Shown: positions 1 to 9,830 of the stretch, in pieces
How the letters are laid out: each line of letters begins with the position of its first letter
Numbering within the stretch: position 1 is the first letter of the stretch
Assembly (NCBI GenBank): GCA_020723485.1
Contig: DYIU01000001.1
Coordinates: 646,265-710,264 of the forward strand
DNA length: 64,000 nucleotides
DNA from: Acidimicrobium ferrooxidans
GTDB taxonomy: Bacteria; Actinomycetota; Geothermincolia; Fen-727; Anoxymicrobiaceae
Direction: 5' to 3'
The notes under the pieces: model-generated
Databases searched by the model: none
The model's input: the letters and a program-made list of their open reading frames with translations, nothing else
Told to the model about the DNA's origin: nothing
Made by a program: the position numbers and the translations under genes

Positions 1-11
1 GCACTCTAATA

Positions 12-785
12 CTACAGAGTGATGACCTCACCTGCCCGGTCCTGCCAGCCGAGGGTGACGGTCACCCTCGAGCAGCGGGGCCCGAGTGCGCCGCGGACGG
101 CCTCCAGCGGCAGGTCGGGGTGGTTGTTGGTCCGGCTCAGGTGCGCGAGCACCAGGTGAGCCATGCTGTCGTGAAAGAGGGAGTTCGCGAGCTGCGCCGC
201 GTCGCTGTTCGAAAGGTGCCCGTAGGGGCTCGAGACACGCTTCTTGAGGAACTCGGGGTACGGTCCATCAGAGAGCATCGCCTCGTCGTGGTTGGACTCG
301 AGCACCACCAGGTCGCAGCCCGAGAGGCCGGCGAGCACGTCGAGGGTGACGCTCCCCAGGTCGGTCGCGAACCCGGCTCGCATCCTGCCGTCAGAGACCG
401 CGAAACCCACGGTCTCCGCCGCGTCGTGCGGGAGCAGGAAGGGCGTTACCTCCAGGCAGCCGACCGTGAAGGGCGACCCGGTGACGAACTCGACCAGCGC
501 TCCCCTCGGAACCGCGCGGAGCAGCCGCGCGCCGGTGGACGTGGCGCGGTTGGCGTAGACGGGGCAGCCCAGGCGCCTGGAGACGGCCGCGGCGCCCCTG
601 ACGTGGTCGTTGTGCTCGTGGGACAGGAGCAGCGCGTCGATGCGGACGTCCCCGAGGCCGGAGACCGCCAGCCTTCGGGACAGCTCCCTCGCCGATATGC
701 CCGCGTCGATGAGCAGGGCGGTACCGCCGGAGCGCAGCAGTGTGGCGTTTCCGGCCGAGCCGCTGGCGAGCACGCATATCTCGAT
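12..785 (-). CDS. MBL-fold metallo-hydrolase, YycJ/WalJ-like nuclease
   Basis: LASGSAGN N-terminus, SHEHNDH (HxHxDH), ESNHD, GHLSN and LAHLS motifs. GAGGAGG RBS at 797-791 points to an ATC start at 785 (MEICVLASGS); the track starts at GTG 773. Confidence 0.85.
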   Translation of the reverse strand: MEICVLASGSAGNATLLRSGGTALLIDAGISARELSRRLAVSGLGDVRIDALLLSHEHNDHVRGAAAVSRRLGCPVYANRATSTGARLLRAVPRGALVEFVTGSPFTVGCLEVTPFLLPHDAAETVGFAVSDGRMRAGFATDLGSVTLDVLAGLSGCDLVVLESNHDEAMLSDGPYPEFLKKRVSSPYGHLSNSDAAQLANSLFHDSMAHLVLAHLSRTNNHPDLPLEAVRGALGPRCSRVTVTLGWQDRAGEVITL

Positions 786-805
786 GATGTCCTCCTCTGG
801 CAGGA

Positions 806-1651
806 CTATATCCTGCGGAAATCGATGATACGGTCGAGGCGGTAGGTCTTGTGAATCCCGTCCCTGTGGCAGTAAGCCTTCATGTAGCTGTACTCGGTGC
901 CCTCGAACAGGTACAGCGGTGTCACCACCACCGGAGCGCGCCCGCTGCCCGGCCCGTATTCCATCTCGATGGTAAGGCGCGACCGCGCGATTGTCTCGAG
1001 CTCCTGCAGGTCGCCTGTAGGTTCGATGTCCTCGACGGAGGGCGGCGCCACAGCGTCAAACGCCCCCATGAAGCCGGGCAGCTCACCGACCGCGGTCCCG
1101 GGGCCGAGCCCGCCAACCGCTTCGAGGAACACCCCCATTGCGGCACGGGCGTCAGGCAGCGCGTTGTGCAGCCGCTCGACCTCGATCCCCAGGTGGTCGA
1201 CCAGGGTCGCCAGCCTGTAGTTCGGGACGTCCTTTATCCGGCTCCTTGCGAGCCGGACGGTGCAGACCACCGGGTGGCCGGGCTGCGGGGTCCTGGTCCT
1301 CGCAAGCTCGTTGCCGATCATACGCACGTCGAAGGAGGCGTTGTGCGCCACGAAGACGCACCCGCGCATGAAGTTCAACAGGCCGGGAAGGACGTCCGGC
1401 GCCCTGGGCGCGCTTGCCACCATCTCGTCGGTGATGCCGTGGATGCCCGTCGCGCCCGCCGAGATGCGCTCGCACGGGTTCAACAGCGTCTGGAACTCTT
1501 CGCGGGCTCCCGCGAGCCCGAACCTTACCGCCCCTATCTCGATGAGCCTGCTGGTCATGCTGAGGCCGGACGTCTCCACATCGACCGCGCAGAACGTCGC
1601 CTCCGAGACCGGGATATCGAGGGGCGGGGATGAATCGGTCAATGATACCAC
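806..1651 (-). CDS. DnaQ-family (DEDDh) 3'-5' exonuclease with C-terminal WYL-like domain
   Basis: DVETSG, AHNASFD and HNALPDA exo motifs; C-terminal VTPLYL..YMKAYCH..KTYRLDRI is WYL-like. Confidence 0.85.
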   Translation of the reverse strand: MVSLTDSSPPLDIPVSEATFCAVDVETSGLSMTSRLIEIGAVRFGLAGAREEFQTLLNPCERISAGATGIHGITDEMVASAPRAPDVLPGLLNFMRGCVFVAHNASFDVRMIGNELARTRTPQPGHPVVCTVRLARSRIKDVPNYRLATLVDHLGIEVERLHNALPDARAAMGVFLEAVGGLGPGTAVGELPGFMGAFDAVAPPSVEDIEPTGDLQELETIARSRLTIEMEYGPGSGRAPVVVTPLYLFEGTEYSYMKAYCHRDGIHKTYRLDRIIDFRRI

Positions 1652-1730
1652 CCGGGGTTTTCGTCAATTATAGACCGGGGCGCCCACCGGCGCCCGGGCA
1701 TGGCGGGCCCGACGGCTTCCGCGGCCGCTC

Positions 1731-2753
1731 TTACTGCACCGGGAAGGTCGTCGGGATGCTCAACCGCCGGAGCATCTCCTCGTTGAGGTACAACTCCTGG
1801 TCGGGCGGCAGCGCGTCGCTGGGGAACGTGGGCTGGGTCGTGGTCTGTCCCTGTGTCGACGGCTGCGTACCCTGGTCGTACGGATAGGTGTTCTGGTCGC
1901 CGGAGTCGAAGGTCGAGCCGTACTCGAACACCAGCGAGCTCAACGTCGCGCCGGAGAGCTCGATCGAGCCGGCCGGTTTCTGCTCGGTGAACGACTTGTT
2001 GGTGCCCGCCTCCACCGGCACCGTGAAGCTGACGAGCTCCTCCTGCCCCTTGCTTATCGCCTGGATGGTGACGATGACGTCGCCCTCGGACTTCGTGTTG
2101 TTGTCGTATGTCCCGGTCAGCGCGAGGACCTCGTCCTCCTGTTTCAGCACCATGTCGCTGAAGGTGATGTCGGCCCCGGTGACCTCGCCGTCGCCTATCC
2201 TGAAAGTAGCGTTGGTGCTCCCGGTCAGGAGGACCGCCGCGGCGACCCCGCCCCCGATGACGATGAGCGCGCCGATGATTATGAGCACTATGAATAGCGG
2301 CCTCATCCTCTTCCTGGGAGCAGGCGCGGCGTAGGCGTACTGCTGCGCGGCGGGGTAACCTCCGTACATCCCGGGGTTGGACATGAACGGGAAAGGACAC
2401 GCGAAGAACGGCGGCATGCACGGCCACCACCCGTAGCCCGGGTAAGGCCAGCCGAAGCCATACGGGTAGTACGGGGGATACCATGGCGCCGCCGCCCCGT
2501 AAGCGGGGGGCGACGCGTATGCCGACTGCCACCCCTGGGCGAAGCCCTCATCGCCCGCCGGCTGCTGCCCGGGAACGGCCTGTTCTCCTGCCTGCTGCTC
2601 GCCCTCCGCGCCAACCGGTTCCTGCCCGGTAGCAGAGGCCCTCCCCGCTTCTTCAGGGGCGGCCCCGGCGGCCGGGAGGGGCGCGCCGCAGTAGGAACAG
2701 CTCTCTGATTCTTCCTGGTTGATGTTCCCGCAAGCAGGACAGGTAACGGTCAT
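1731..2753 (-). CDS. Zinc-ribbon membrane protein with Pro/Tyr-rich linker
   Basis: N-terminal CPAC..CSYC, P/Y/G-rich region, one TM helix (LFIVLIIIGALIVIGGG); GGAGAGG RBS. Confidence 0.7.
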   Translation of the reverse strand: MTVTCPACGNINQEESESCSYCGAPLPAAGAAPEEAGRASATGQEPVGAEGEQQAGEQAVPGQQPAGDEGFAQGWQSAYASPPAYGAAAPWYPPYYPYGFGWPYPGYGWWPCMPPFFACPFPFMSNPGMYGGYPAAQQYAYAAPAPRKRMRPLFIVLIIIGALIVIGGGVAAAVLLTGSTNATFRIGDGEVTGADITFSDMVLKQEDEVLALTGTYDNNTKSEGDVIVTIQAISKGQEELVSFTVPVEAGTNKSFTEQKPAGSIELSGATLSSLVFEYGSTFDSGDQNTYPYDQGTQPSTQGQTTTQPTFPSDALPPDQELYLNEEMLRRLSIPTTFPVQ

Positions 2754-2890
2754 TACAACCTCTCCGGTCTTTCGGCCGTGTGCCGTTATTATAGGCTAAC
2801 ATACTGGAGGTTGGCTTCTTCCAACCTTTAGACGCACCGCGCGGCCCTCTGTTCGAGGCGGCCGGCGCGCCGGCGGAAAGTGAGGTCTCG

Positions 2891-3370
2891 ATGCCGGAAG
2901 AACAGCTTGCGGATGAGTGGGACGTGAAGAGCGCGGTGGTGAACCAGGCGCTGCTCTGCCTTCCTTTCCCCGTGGGAGCCTACGCGCTGTGGAAGCACAA
3001 GCCCTGGAAGCTGCCTGTGTTCGTGGGGGGAGCCGTCGCTTTCCTGACCATCTGCCGGCGCTACGCCTGTGCGAGATGCCGGTACTACGGCCGGGTGTGC
3101 TCGACCATGCTCGGTGTCGCGACCGCGAGCATGATGCCGCGCAATCCCGACAGGGAGCTCGACCGGCGGGCGATGGCGGCCGACTTCGCCTTCGTGGGAG
3201 CTGTGGTGATGGTGCCGCTGCCCCAGGCGCTGAAGAGCCTGCGGCTCGCCGTTCTGTACCTGGGAGCGTGCGCCGCCGCGGTCGGGGCCATACTCCTGAA
3301 TGCCTGCCCGAGGTGCGGAAACGACTTCTGCCCGATGAAAGACGTGAGCAGGGCGCTGAGGAGGGGCTAG
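2891..3370 (+). CDS. Hypothetical Cys-rich membrane protein
   Basis: About 4 hydrophobic segments; CARC..C and CPRC..CP motifs; GAGG RBS. Confidence 0.6.
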   Translation: MPEEQLADEWDVKSAVVNQALLCLPFPVGAYALWKHKPWKLPVFVGGAVAFLTICRRYACARCRYYGRVCSTMLGVATASMMPRNPDRELDRRAMAADFAFVGAVVMVPLPQALKSLRLAVLYLGACAAAVGAILLNACPRCGNDFCPMKDVSRALRRG

Positions 3371-3458
3371 CACTTGCGGCGCGCGCTTTGCCAGCACGCC
3401 GCCGCCGTGTGTACAATGTAGGGCACCAGCAGGTCATCGGAAAAAAGGGGGAAGCAGC

Positions 3459-3743
3459 ATGCCCAAGTACATAATGCTCTCGAGCCTCACCGATGAGGGC
3501 GCGGCGACGATCAGGAAGAACCCCGAGCGCATCAAGGAAGTCAACAAGGACGTGGAAGCGCTGGGCGGCAAGGTGCTGGACCAGTACGCGGTGATCGGCG
3601 AGTATGACTTCGTGAACATACTCGAGGCGCCCGACATGGAGACCATCGCCCGGATATCCGTGGAACTGGGCTCCAGGGGCTCGGTGCACATCAAGACGCT
3701 GGCCGCGATACCGGTCGACGAGTTCATCGCCAGGCTCAAGTAG
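3459..3743 (+). CDS. GYD domain protein
   Basis: 94 aa with GEYD motif and family-typical LTDEG..LGG..T-L-A pattern. Confidence 0.85.
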   Translation: MPKYIMLSSLTDEGAATIRKNPERIKEVNKDVEALGGKVLDQYAVIGEYDFVNILEAPDMETIARISVELGSRGSVHIKTLAAIPVDEFIARLK

Positions 3744-3764
3744 CCAGACCCGGCACGACTATTG

Positions 3765-3790
3765 AAGCCCCGGCCCGCGCCGGGGCTTTT
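3765..3790 (+). terminator. Intrinsic terminator after GYD gene
   Basis: AAGCCCCGGC-ccgc-GCCGGGGCTT followed by TT. Confidence 0.6.
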
Positions 3791-3821
3791 GTCGGAGTCG
3801 CACCCGGACCATGAAGGTGAG

Positions 3822-4796
3822 ATGTACAGACACTCTCGTGCAATAGCGGCGCTGCTCGTTCCACTCCTGCTGTCGGCCGGCCTCGCTCTCTCGTGCGGCC
3901 CGTCCTCGCCGTGGCGTTTCCAGACCGTCGAGGGTGAGTCTTCCCTCCTGGCGGTCTCCGCCGCGGACCCGTCGCACGTGTGGGCGGTCGGTGGTGGACC
4001 GGTCTACTTCTTCGACGGCGTGTCCTGGGGCCTCCAGACGGACGACCTCGAGATCGAGCCCCTGGACGTGAGCGCCGCCGCGCCGGACCGGGCCTGGGCG
4101 TGCGGGGGAGACGGCGCCGGGGTGGTGCTCGCGTTCGACGGCACCACCTGGGTGAAGCAGTTCCAGACCGCGGACGAGACCATCAACATAATCTCTGCCG
4201 CGGACGGGTCGCACGTCTGGGCTGTGGGGACGAACGAGACGAGCGCCAGCATCTACTTCTTCGACGGGGCTGCCTGGACCCTCCAGTACCAGGCGGAGGT
4301 CCACCTCCAGGACATGCACGCCATGGACCCCACGCACGTGTGGGCGGTAGGCGAGGACAGGAGCGGCCGGAGCGGGATCTACTTCTTCGACGGGGCTGCC
4401 TGGAACAGGACCTGGGAGACCCCCGGCGGCGAGCTTCTCATCGGGGTCGGCGCGGCCGACCCGTCGCACGTGTGGGCGGTCGGCTCCTCGCCACCGGAGT
4501 CGGGGGGCGCCGAGCACTCGGGCGGGACGGTGTACGCCTTCGACGGCAAGGCATGGTCGCTGCAGTACCAGACCATGGAGGAGCTCCACCGGGTATCGGC
4601 TGCCGACGCCGAACACGTCTGGGCGACGGGCGGCATAGGAAGGGTCGGACCCATCTACTTCTTCGACGGCGAGTTCTGGAGCAAGCAGTTCGAATGCTCC
4701 GAAGCCCTCTTCGATATCTGCTCCGCCGGCCCCTGGAGCGCCTGGGCGGTAGGCGGGCTCGGGGGCATCTATACCTACGAGCCCGGCGAGATCTGA
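3822..4796 (+). CDS. Lipoprotein with ~7 beta-propeller-type repeats
   Basis: Signal peptide ending LALSC; repeated AADPSHVWAVG..IYFFDG..W units; ATG 3822 after GAAGGTG. Confidence 0.7.
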   Translation: MYRHSRAIAALLVPLLLSAGLALSCGPSSPWRFQTVEGESSLLAVSAADPSHVWAVGGGPVYFFDGVSWGLQTDDLEIEPLDVSAAAPDRAWACGGDGAGVVLAFDGTTWVKQFQTADETINIISAADGSHVWAVGTNETSASIYFFDGAAWTLQYQAEVHLQDMHAMDPTHVWAVGEDRSGRSGIYFFDGAAWNRTWETPGGELLIGVGAADPSHVWAVGSSPPESGGAEHSGGTVYAFDGKAWSLQYQTMEELHRVSAADAEHVWATGGIGRVGPIYFFDGEFWSKQFECSEALFDICSAGPWSAWAVGGLGGIYTYEPGEI

Positions 4797-4951
4797 GCCC
4801 GGCCGGCGGCGCTCGCGAGTCCTCCGGCGCGCATCCCCGGAGTCGTTCCCGGGCACCGGCCCGTCCTTGAAGAAACAGAATCACTCTGAAAAAATTACTT
4901 TGCGCGCCACAGCTAAAGCCACAGCACTCGTAGTCTCTCGGAGCCGCGGCC

Positions 4952-6985
4952 ATGCCGGATGAAGAAAAAAGCGAAACCAAGGGCATCCGACCTTCGGAGG
5001 GGAGTAACGGCGCGGGCGTCGACATTGCGGCAGGCGGGGGTCTCCCCGAACCGCGCGAGAAGGTGCTGCTCGACGAGGAACTGGAGCCTGACGACGGTTT
5101 CTCCGCGGCAGAGCGGCTGAGCAGGCTTCCCAGGATAACGAAGCTCACGGTGACCCTGGTGCTGCTGTTCATCCTGAGCACCGTTGCGCTGCTGAGCGTC
5201 CTGAACCTCCCGGGGGTGAGGGATTATTTCGAGGGCGAAGCCGCTTTCTGGGTCCTCAGGATCGGCCTGCTGGTGATGATAGCTTCGATAATCATCTACT
5301 TCGTTCTCCGTGAGAGGTCCACCCTGAGGTTTGCCGAGAAGCTGCTCGCAGAGATGTCCGAGGCCAACAAGCGCCTCCGGCTCTTTCTCAGGGCGGAGCG
5401 GGACATTGGCTCTTCGCTCGAGCTCGAAAGGACCCTGGAGGAGACTCTCAAGTACGCCTTCGAGCTGACCGGCTCCGACATGGGAGCGGTGTACCTCTGG
5501 GAGAAGGGCGCGGAGGTCCTCAAGCTGTCGCTGGTCCGGGGAGTGGAAACCGGGGGTGTGACACGCGAGCGGGTCCCGCCCGGAGAGGGGCCCGTTGGAG
5601 AGGCGGCGGTGGACCACGAGCTCCGGATCGTTGAGGACGTATCATCCCTGTCCGAGAGCGACAGGACATTCTCGGCCGAGGAGTCGCCGTCTTCCCTGGC
5701 AGTAGTCCCGCTCGTCGCCGGCGGCAAGTTCGTCGGCGTCCTCACCGTGGCGACCAGGGAGCCGCACCCGTACGGCCCGGCCGAGCAGAGGATGCTTCTC
5801 GGGCTGGCCGAGCTTGCGAGCATCTCGATCACCAACGCCGAGCTCCTGCGCATCTCGCGCAGGAGCCTGAAGGCCGCCGCGAGACAACGGGAGTTCACCG
5901 GGCAGGTGCTGGACGAGATGGTCGCCGGGGTCATGACCGCCGACAGCCGCGGCAACATCACAGTGTTCAACCGGGAGGCGCAGCGGCTGACGGGCTACAC
6001 GCCCGACGAGGTAGCAGCGGTCGACCGCAGGCCCGGGCTCACCCTGGAGCAGAGACCCCTGGGCCAGCTCGAGCAGGGGATACTCGAGGTGCTGAACGAC
6101 CCCACATCGTTTAGGGAAGGCGACGCCCTGGTGCTCAAGAAAGACAGGACGCTCCTTCCGGTCAGCTACAGGGTCAACCCGCTTTTCGAGGAATCTACGG
6201 TGGTCGGGGCGACGGTCGTGTTCATGGAGGAGAAAGAGCCATCGAGAGTTTCTTCCTCAAGGGAGGACGTGGACTACCAACTGCTCCTTCGCTCCCTCGG
6301 CAGCCGCATAGAGTTGTTGTTCATCCATCCACTGGCCAGGGTCACCGAGCAGGTCAGAGGCATGGATGCCGACGATTGGGCCCGGGCCCGCGAGGAGTTC
6401 CTCCGGGGAGTCGAGGCCGGCTCGGCCGCCCTCGCGAACCTGCTCGAGGACGTCGAGCAGTACCTGAGCTGCGTGACCTTGAGGGAGTGGGACGCGCCGG
6501 CGGAGTGCGACACCGCGGCCGCCGTCTCGGAGGTCGTGGAGCGGGTCCTCAGGTCTCCCGAGACGCAAGGAGTGGTCGTGTCCGTCAAAATGGCCGACGC
6601 GCCCCCGGCGTTCGGCTTCGAGCGGATGATCAAGACCGCGCTGGAGAAGGTGGTCGAGAATGCCTGCATCGCGTCCGCCAACGGAGGGAAGAAGGTCGAG
6701 ATCTCAGGGACCGCCGTCGAGGGAGCGGTGCGCATAGAGGTAGCCGATACCGGGCCGGGGGTCGACGAGGACTCCCGTGAGTTCATATTCAACCCGTTCT
6801 TCACCACGAGGGAGGGGCGTTCCGGTCTCGGGCTCTCCATCGCGCGGAGGGTGGTCGACAGGCTGGAAGGGCGCCTCGGCCTCGCCGGTTCCGAGAGCGG
6901 TGCTCTGTTCTTTCTGGAGTTGCCGCGCACCCCGTCGCCCGCGGGCGGCGGGACCGGGTCCGAGACAGCCCCGGCCGGCGGGTGA
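4952..6985 (+). CDS. Membrane GAF-PAS-HATPase sensor kinase-like protein (H-box degenerate)
   Basis: 2 TM, GAF, PAS (VFNREAQRLTGY), DTGPG, FNPFFTT and GLGLSI boxes. Confidence 0.8.
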   Translation: MPDEEKSETKGIRPSEGSNGAGVDIAAGGGLPEPREKVLLDEELEPDDGFSAAERLSRLPRITKLTVTLVLLFILSTVALLSVLNLPGVRDYFEGEAAFWVLRIGLLVMIASIIIYFVLRERSTLRFAEKLLAEMSEANKRLRLFLRAERDIGSSLELERTLEETLKYAFELTGSDMGAVYLWEKGAEVLKLSLVRGVETGGVTRERVPPGEGPVGEAAVDHELRIVEDVSSLSESDRTFSAEESPSSLAVVPLVAGGKFVGVLTVATREPHPYGPAEQRMLLGLAELASISITNAELLRISRRSLKAAARQREFTGQVLDEMVAGVMTADSRGNITVFNREAQRLTGYTPDEVAAVDRRPGLTLEQRPLGQLEQGILEVLNDPTSFREGDALVLKKDRTLLPVSYRVNPLFEESTVVGATVVFMEEKEPSRVSSSREDVDYQLLLRSLGSRIELLFIHPLARVTEQVRGMDADDWARAREEFLRGVEAGSAALANLLEDVEQYLSCVTLREWDAPAECDTAAAVSEVVERVLRSPETQGVVVSVKMADAPPAFGFERMIKTALEKVVENACIASANGGKKVEISGTAVEGAVRIEVADTGPGVDEDSREFIFNPFFTTREGRSGLGLSIARRVVDRLEGRLGLAGSESGALFFLELPRTPSPAGGGTGSETAPAGG

Positions 6986-7491
6986 TGCGGGTGTTGATAG
7001 GTCTGGTCGCCGATACGCACCTCATGGACGAGCCGGTCCCCGGGAACGTGATCGATGCCCTGCGCGGCTCGGACCTGATAATGCACGCCGGCGACATCGT
7101 CGACATGCAGGTCATCGACCAGCTGTCCGGCATCGCCGATACCGTGGCCGTGAAGGGAAACATGGACTACGACGAAGCGGTGAGGCTACTGCCCGAGACA
7201 CGGGTGATAGAGGTGGGAGTCTTCAGGATAGGGCTCACGCACGGGTTCGGCGCCCCGACGGACATGCCGCGCAAGGTGAGGGGGCTGTTCGAAGACGTGG
7301 ACTGCATAGTCTTCGGGCACACGCACAAGCCCCTGGTGCTCGAGGAAGGCGGCGTCCTGTTCGTGAATCCCGGGAGCCCGACCGACAGGAGGTTCACCGA
7401 CGTTAACGCCGTAGGCCTTCTCGAGGTCACGGATACCCTTGAGCCGCGGATCGTCTACCTGGACGGGCCTCAAGGGGAGAGCGGGAGCTGA
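6985..7491 (+). CDS. YfcE-family metallophosphoesterase
   Basis: DTH, HAGD, GNMD, THG, GHTH and NPGS motifs; overlaps the upstream stop (TGATG). Confidence 0.9.
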   Translation: MRVLIGLVADTHLMDEPVPGNVIDALRGSDLIMHAGDIVDMQVIDQLSGIADTVAVKGNMDYDEAVRLLPETRVIEVGVFRIGLTHGFGAPTDMPRKVRGLFEDVDCIVFGHTHKPLVLEEGGVLFVNPGSPTDRRFTDVNAVGLLEVTDTLEPRIVYLDGPQGESGS

Positions 7492-8639
7492 TGGAAGAGG
7501 TCGCCGTAGTAGGCTGGGCCCAGACCCGGCACGAAAGGGTGAAGCGACGCGACACCCAGCAGAGCATGGTATTCGACGTGGTGACCCGCGCCCTGCGCTC
7601 GTGCAGCATGACCATCCGGGACATAGACGTGGTGGTCGACGCCGGGAGCGATTACCTCGACGGGAGGAACACCTCCAATTGCGCGACCGTGGACGCGATG
7701 GGCGCGCACTTCAAAGAGGAGTCCAGGGTCGCGGGCGACGGGCTCCTCGCCGCGATATACGCTTACCTCAGGGTGGCTTCGGGACTTTTCAGCTCGGCCC
7801 TGGTGGTCGCCTACGGCAAGAGCTCGGAAGGTTCGCTGCTCGACCAGACCAGGGCGATGGCGGACCCGTTCTACCTGAGGCCGCTCGGCCTGGACGCCCT
7901 GTCGGCGGGAGCCCTGCAGGCGCGGGCTTACATGGACCACTACGGGGTCGCCCCGGAAGCGCCCGCCGGGGTCGCGGTCAAGAACCGTTCGGCGGGGGCG
8001 GCTAACCCCAACGCGCAGCTCAGGCGCCCTGAATCGCTCGCGGACGTCCTCTCGTCCGGCGACCTTGTGGCGCCTATCCGCAGGAAGGAGGCCTGCCCGG
8101 TGAGCGACGGCGCGTGCGCCGTTGTCCTGGTGGACTGGGCGACCGCGCAGACCCTCGGTGTCAGGCCCGCGTGGATAACCGGCGTCGGCCACATGCAGGA
8201 CGCCTACTATCCCGGCTCGAGGGAGCTCTACAGGGCGGTCTCCTCGAGGCGGGCCTCGAGGCGGGCCTGCGAGATGGCCGGTATATTCGACCCCTTCGCG
8301 GAGCTGGACGTGATAGAGCTGACCGAGTACTACGCCTACCAGGAGCTGATGCTCTACGAGGCGCTTGGCTTCTGCGGCGAAGGGGAGGGAGCGGAGCTGC
8401 TCGACTCGGGAGAGACGGCGCAGGGGGGCAGGACCCCGGTGAACCTCTCCGGGGGCGCCCTCTGCGCGAACCCTCTGGTCGCCACCGGCCTGGTAAGGCT
8501 CACTGAAGCGGCCGCGCAGGTGAGCAATCGCGCGGGCGACCTCCAGGTGGACGGTGCCGAGAAAGCGCTTGCGCACGCGACGGGCGGGTTCGCCATGCAG
8601 AGCGCGGCCACGATCGTACTGGAAAGGAAGCGCGAGTGA
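7491..8639 (+). CDS. Thiolase-fold (SCP-x/Ltp4-like) protein
   Basis: VAVKN, PVSDGACA and VNLSGG motifs; no canonical thiolase catalytic Cys. Confidence 0.85.
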   Translation: MEEVAVVGWAQTRHERVKRRDTQQSMVFDVVTRALRSCSMTIRDIDVVVDAGSDYLDGRNTSNCATVDAMGAHFKEESRVAGDGLLAAIYAYLRVASGLFSSALVVAYGKSSEGSLLDQTRAMADPFYLRPLGLDALSAGALQARAYMDHYGVAPEAPAGVAVKNRSAGAANPNAQLRRPESLADVLSSGDLVAPIRRKEACPVSDGACAVVLVDWATAQTLGVRPAWITGVGHMQDAYYPGSRELYRAVSSRRASRRACEMAGIFDPFAELDVIELTEYYAYQELMLYEALGFCGEGEGAELLDSGETAQGGRTPVNLSGGALCANPLVATGLVRLTEAAAQVSNRAGDLQVDGAEKALAHATGGFAMQSAATIVLERKRE

Positions 8640-8652
8640 GGATGGGGGAGAG

Positions 8653-9816
8653 TTGGCCAGGGCAGCCGCGGTAGTCGGAACGGGCCAGACGGACTACTCC
8701 GCCAGGCGACAGGACGTCAATGTCCCCGAGCTCGTCCGCGAGGCCGTCACGGGCGCGCTCGAGGACGCGGGGATAACGTCGCGGGACGTGGACGCGGTCG
8801 TGCTGGGCAGCGCACAGGAAGCGCTCGAGGGTGTCAACCAGCCCGAGCACTGGGTCGGGCCCGCCATGGGGGTCCACGACAGGCCCGTCATGAGGCTGCA
8901 GACCGGCGGGACCGCGGGGGCCGCGGCTACGATTGCGGCGTTCTACCACGTCGCGTCAGGCCTCTTCGACGTCGTTCTCGCGGTCTCATACCAGAAGCCG
9001 TCGGACGGCTCCGATACCTTCGGGATGCCGGTGTGCGGCGACCCCCTGTGGGAGCGCGACTTCTCGCTCGGCGCCGCCGCCCTGGCCGGGCTACAGGCGA
9101 GGCAGTACCTCGCCAGGCACGAGCCGAAGGTCGGCGAGGAACACGGGGCGATGGTGGTGGTGAAGAACCGCCTCAACGCGACGATGAACTCCCGGGCGCA
9201 CCTGAGGCACGAGGTGACGCTCGAGGAGGTGATGGATTCGCCACCTGTCGCAACCCCGGTAAAGGAGCTCGACTGCTGCCCCTTGAGCGACGGCGCCGCC
9301 GCGCTCGTGATAGCCGAAGAGCGGAGGGCCAAGAAGATGACGAAGAGGCCGGCGTGGTTCGCCGGTATCGGGACCTCCAGCGAGAGCCAGTACGCTCCCC
9401 ACACGGACAAGGCGTACCCGGAGTCGTGCGTCAGGGCGGCCCAGGTGGCCTACCAGATGGCGTGGATCTACGACCCGGTAAGGGAGCTCGACCTCGCCGA
9501 GGTGCACGAGGCGTTCAGCTACCAGGAGCTGATATGGACGGAGGTGCTGGGGCTCTGCAATCCCGGGGAGGGGGGAAGGATGGTGGAGTCGGGGATAACA
9601 GCGCTCGACGGCGAGTTCCCGGTGAACCCGTCGGGCGGACTGCTGTCCGCGAACCCGGTCGGGGCGTCCGCCATGATCCGCCAGCTCGAGGCCGCGCTGC
9701 AGGTGATGGGGAAAGCGGGAGACCACCAGGTGCCGGGCGTCCAGAAGGCGCTTGCCCACTCCTGGGGGGGAGCGCTGCAGTTCAGCACCGTGACGATATT
9801 CGCGAGAGAGTTGTAG
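8653..9816 (+). CDS. Thiolase-fold (SCP-x/Ltp3-like) protein
   Basis: VVKN, CCPLSDGA and VNPSGGLLSANPVGAS motifs; TTG start at 8653 after GGGGGAG. Confidence 0.85.
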   Translation: MARAAAVVGTGQTDYSARRQDVNVPELVREAVTGALEDAGITSRDVDAVVLGSAQEALEGVNQPEHWVGPAMGVHDRPVMRLQTGGTAGAAATIAAFYHVASGLFDVVLAVSYQKPSDGSDTFGMPVCGDPLWERDFSLGAAALAGLQARQYLARHEPKVGEEHGAMVVVKNRLNATMNSRAHLRHEVTLEEVMDSPPVATPVKELDCCPLSDGAAALVIAEERRAKKMTKRPAWFAGIGTSSESQYAPHTDKAYPESCVRAAQVAYQMAWIYDPVRELDLAEVHEAFSYQELIWTEVLGLCNPGEGGRMVESGITALDGEFPVNPSGGLLSANPVGASAMIRQLEAALQVMGKAGDHQVPGVQKALAHSWGGALQFSTVTIFAREL

Positions 9817-9830
9817 GAGAGGAGGCCGGG

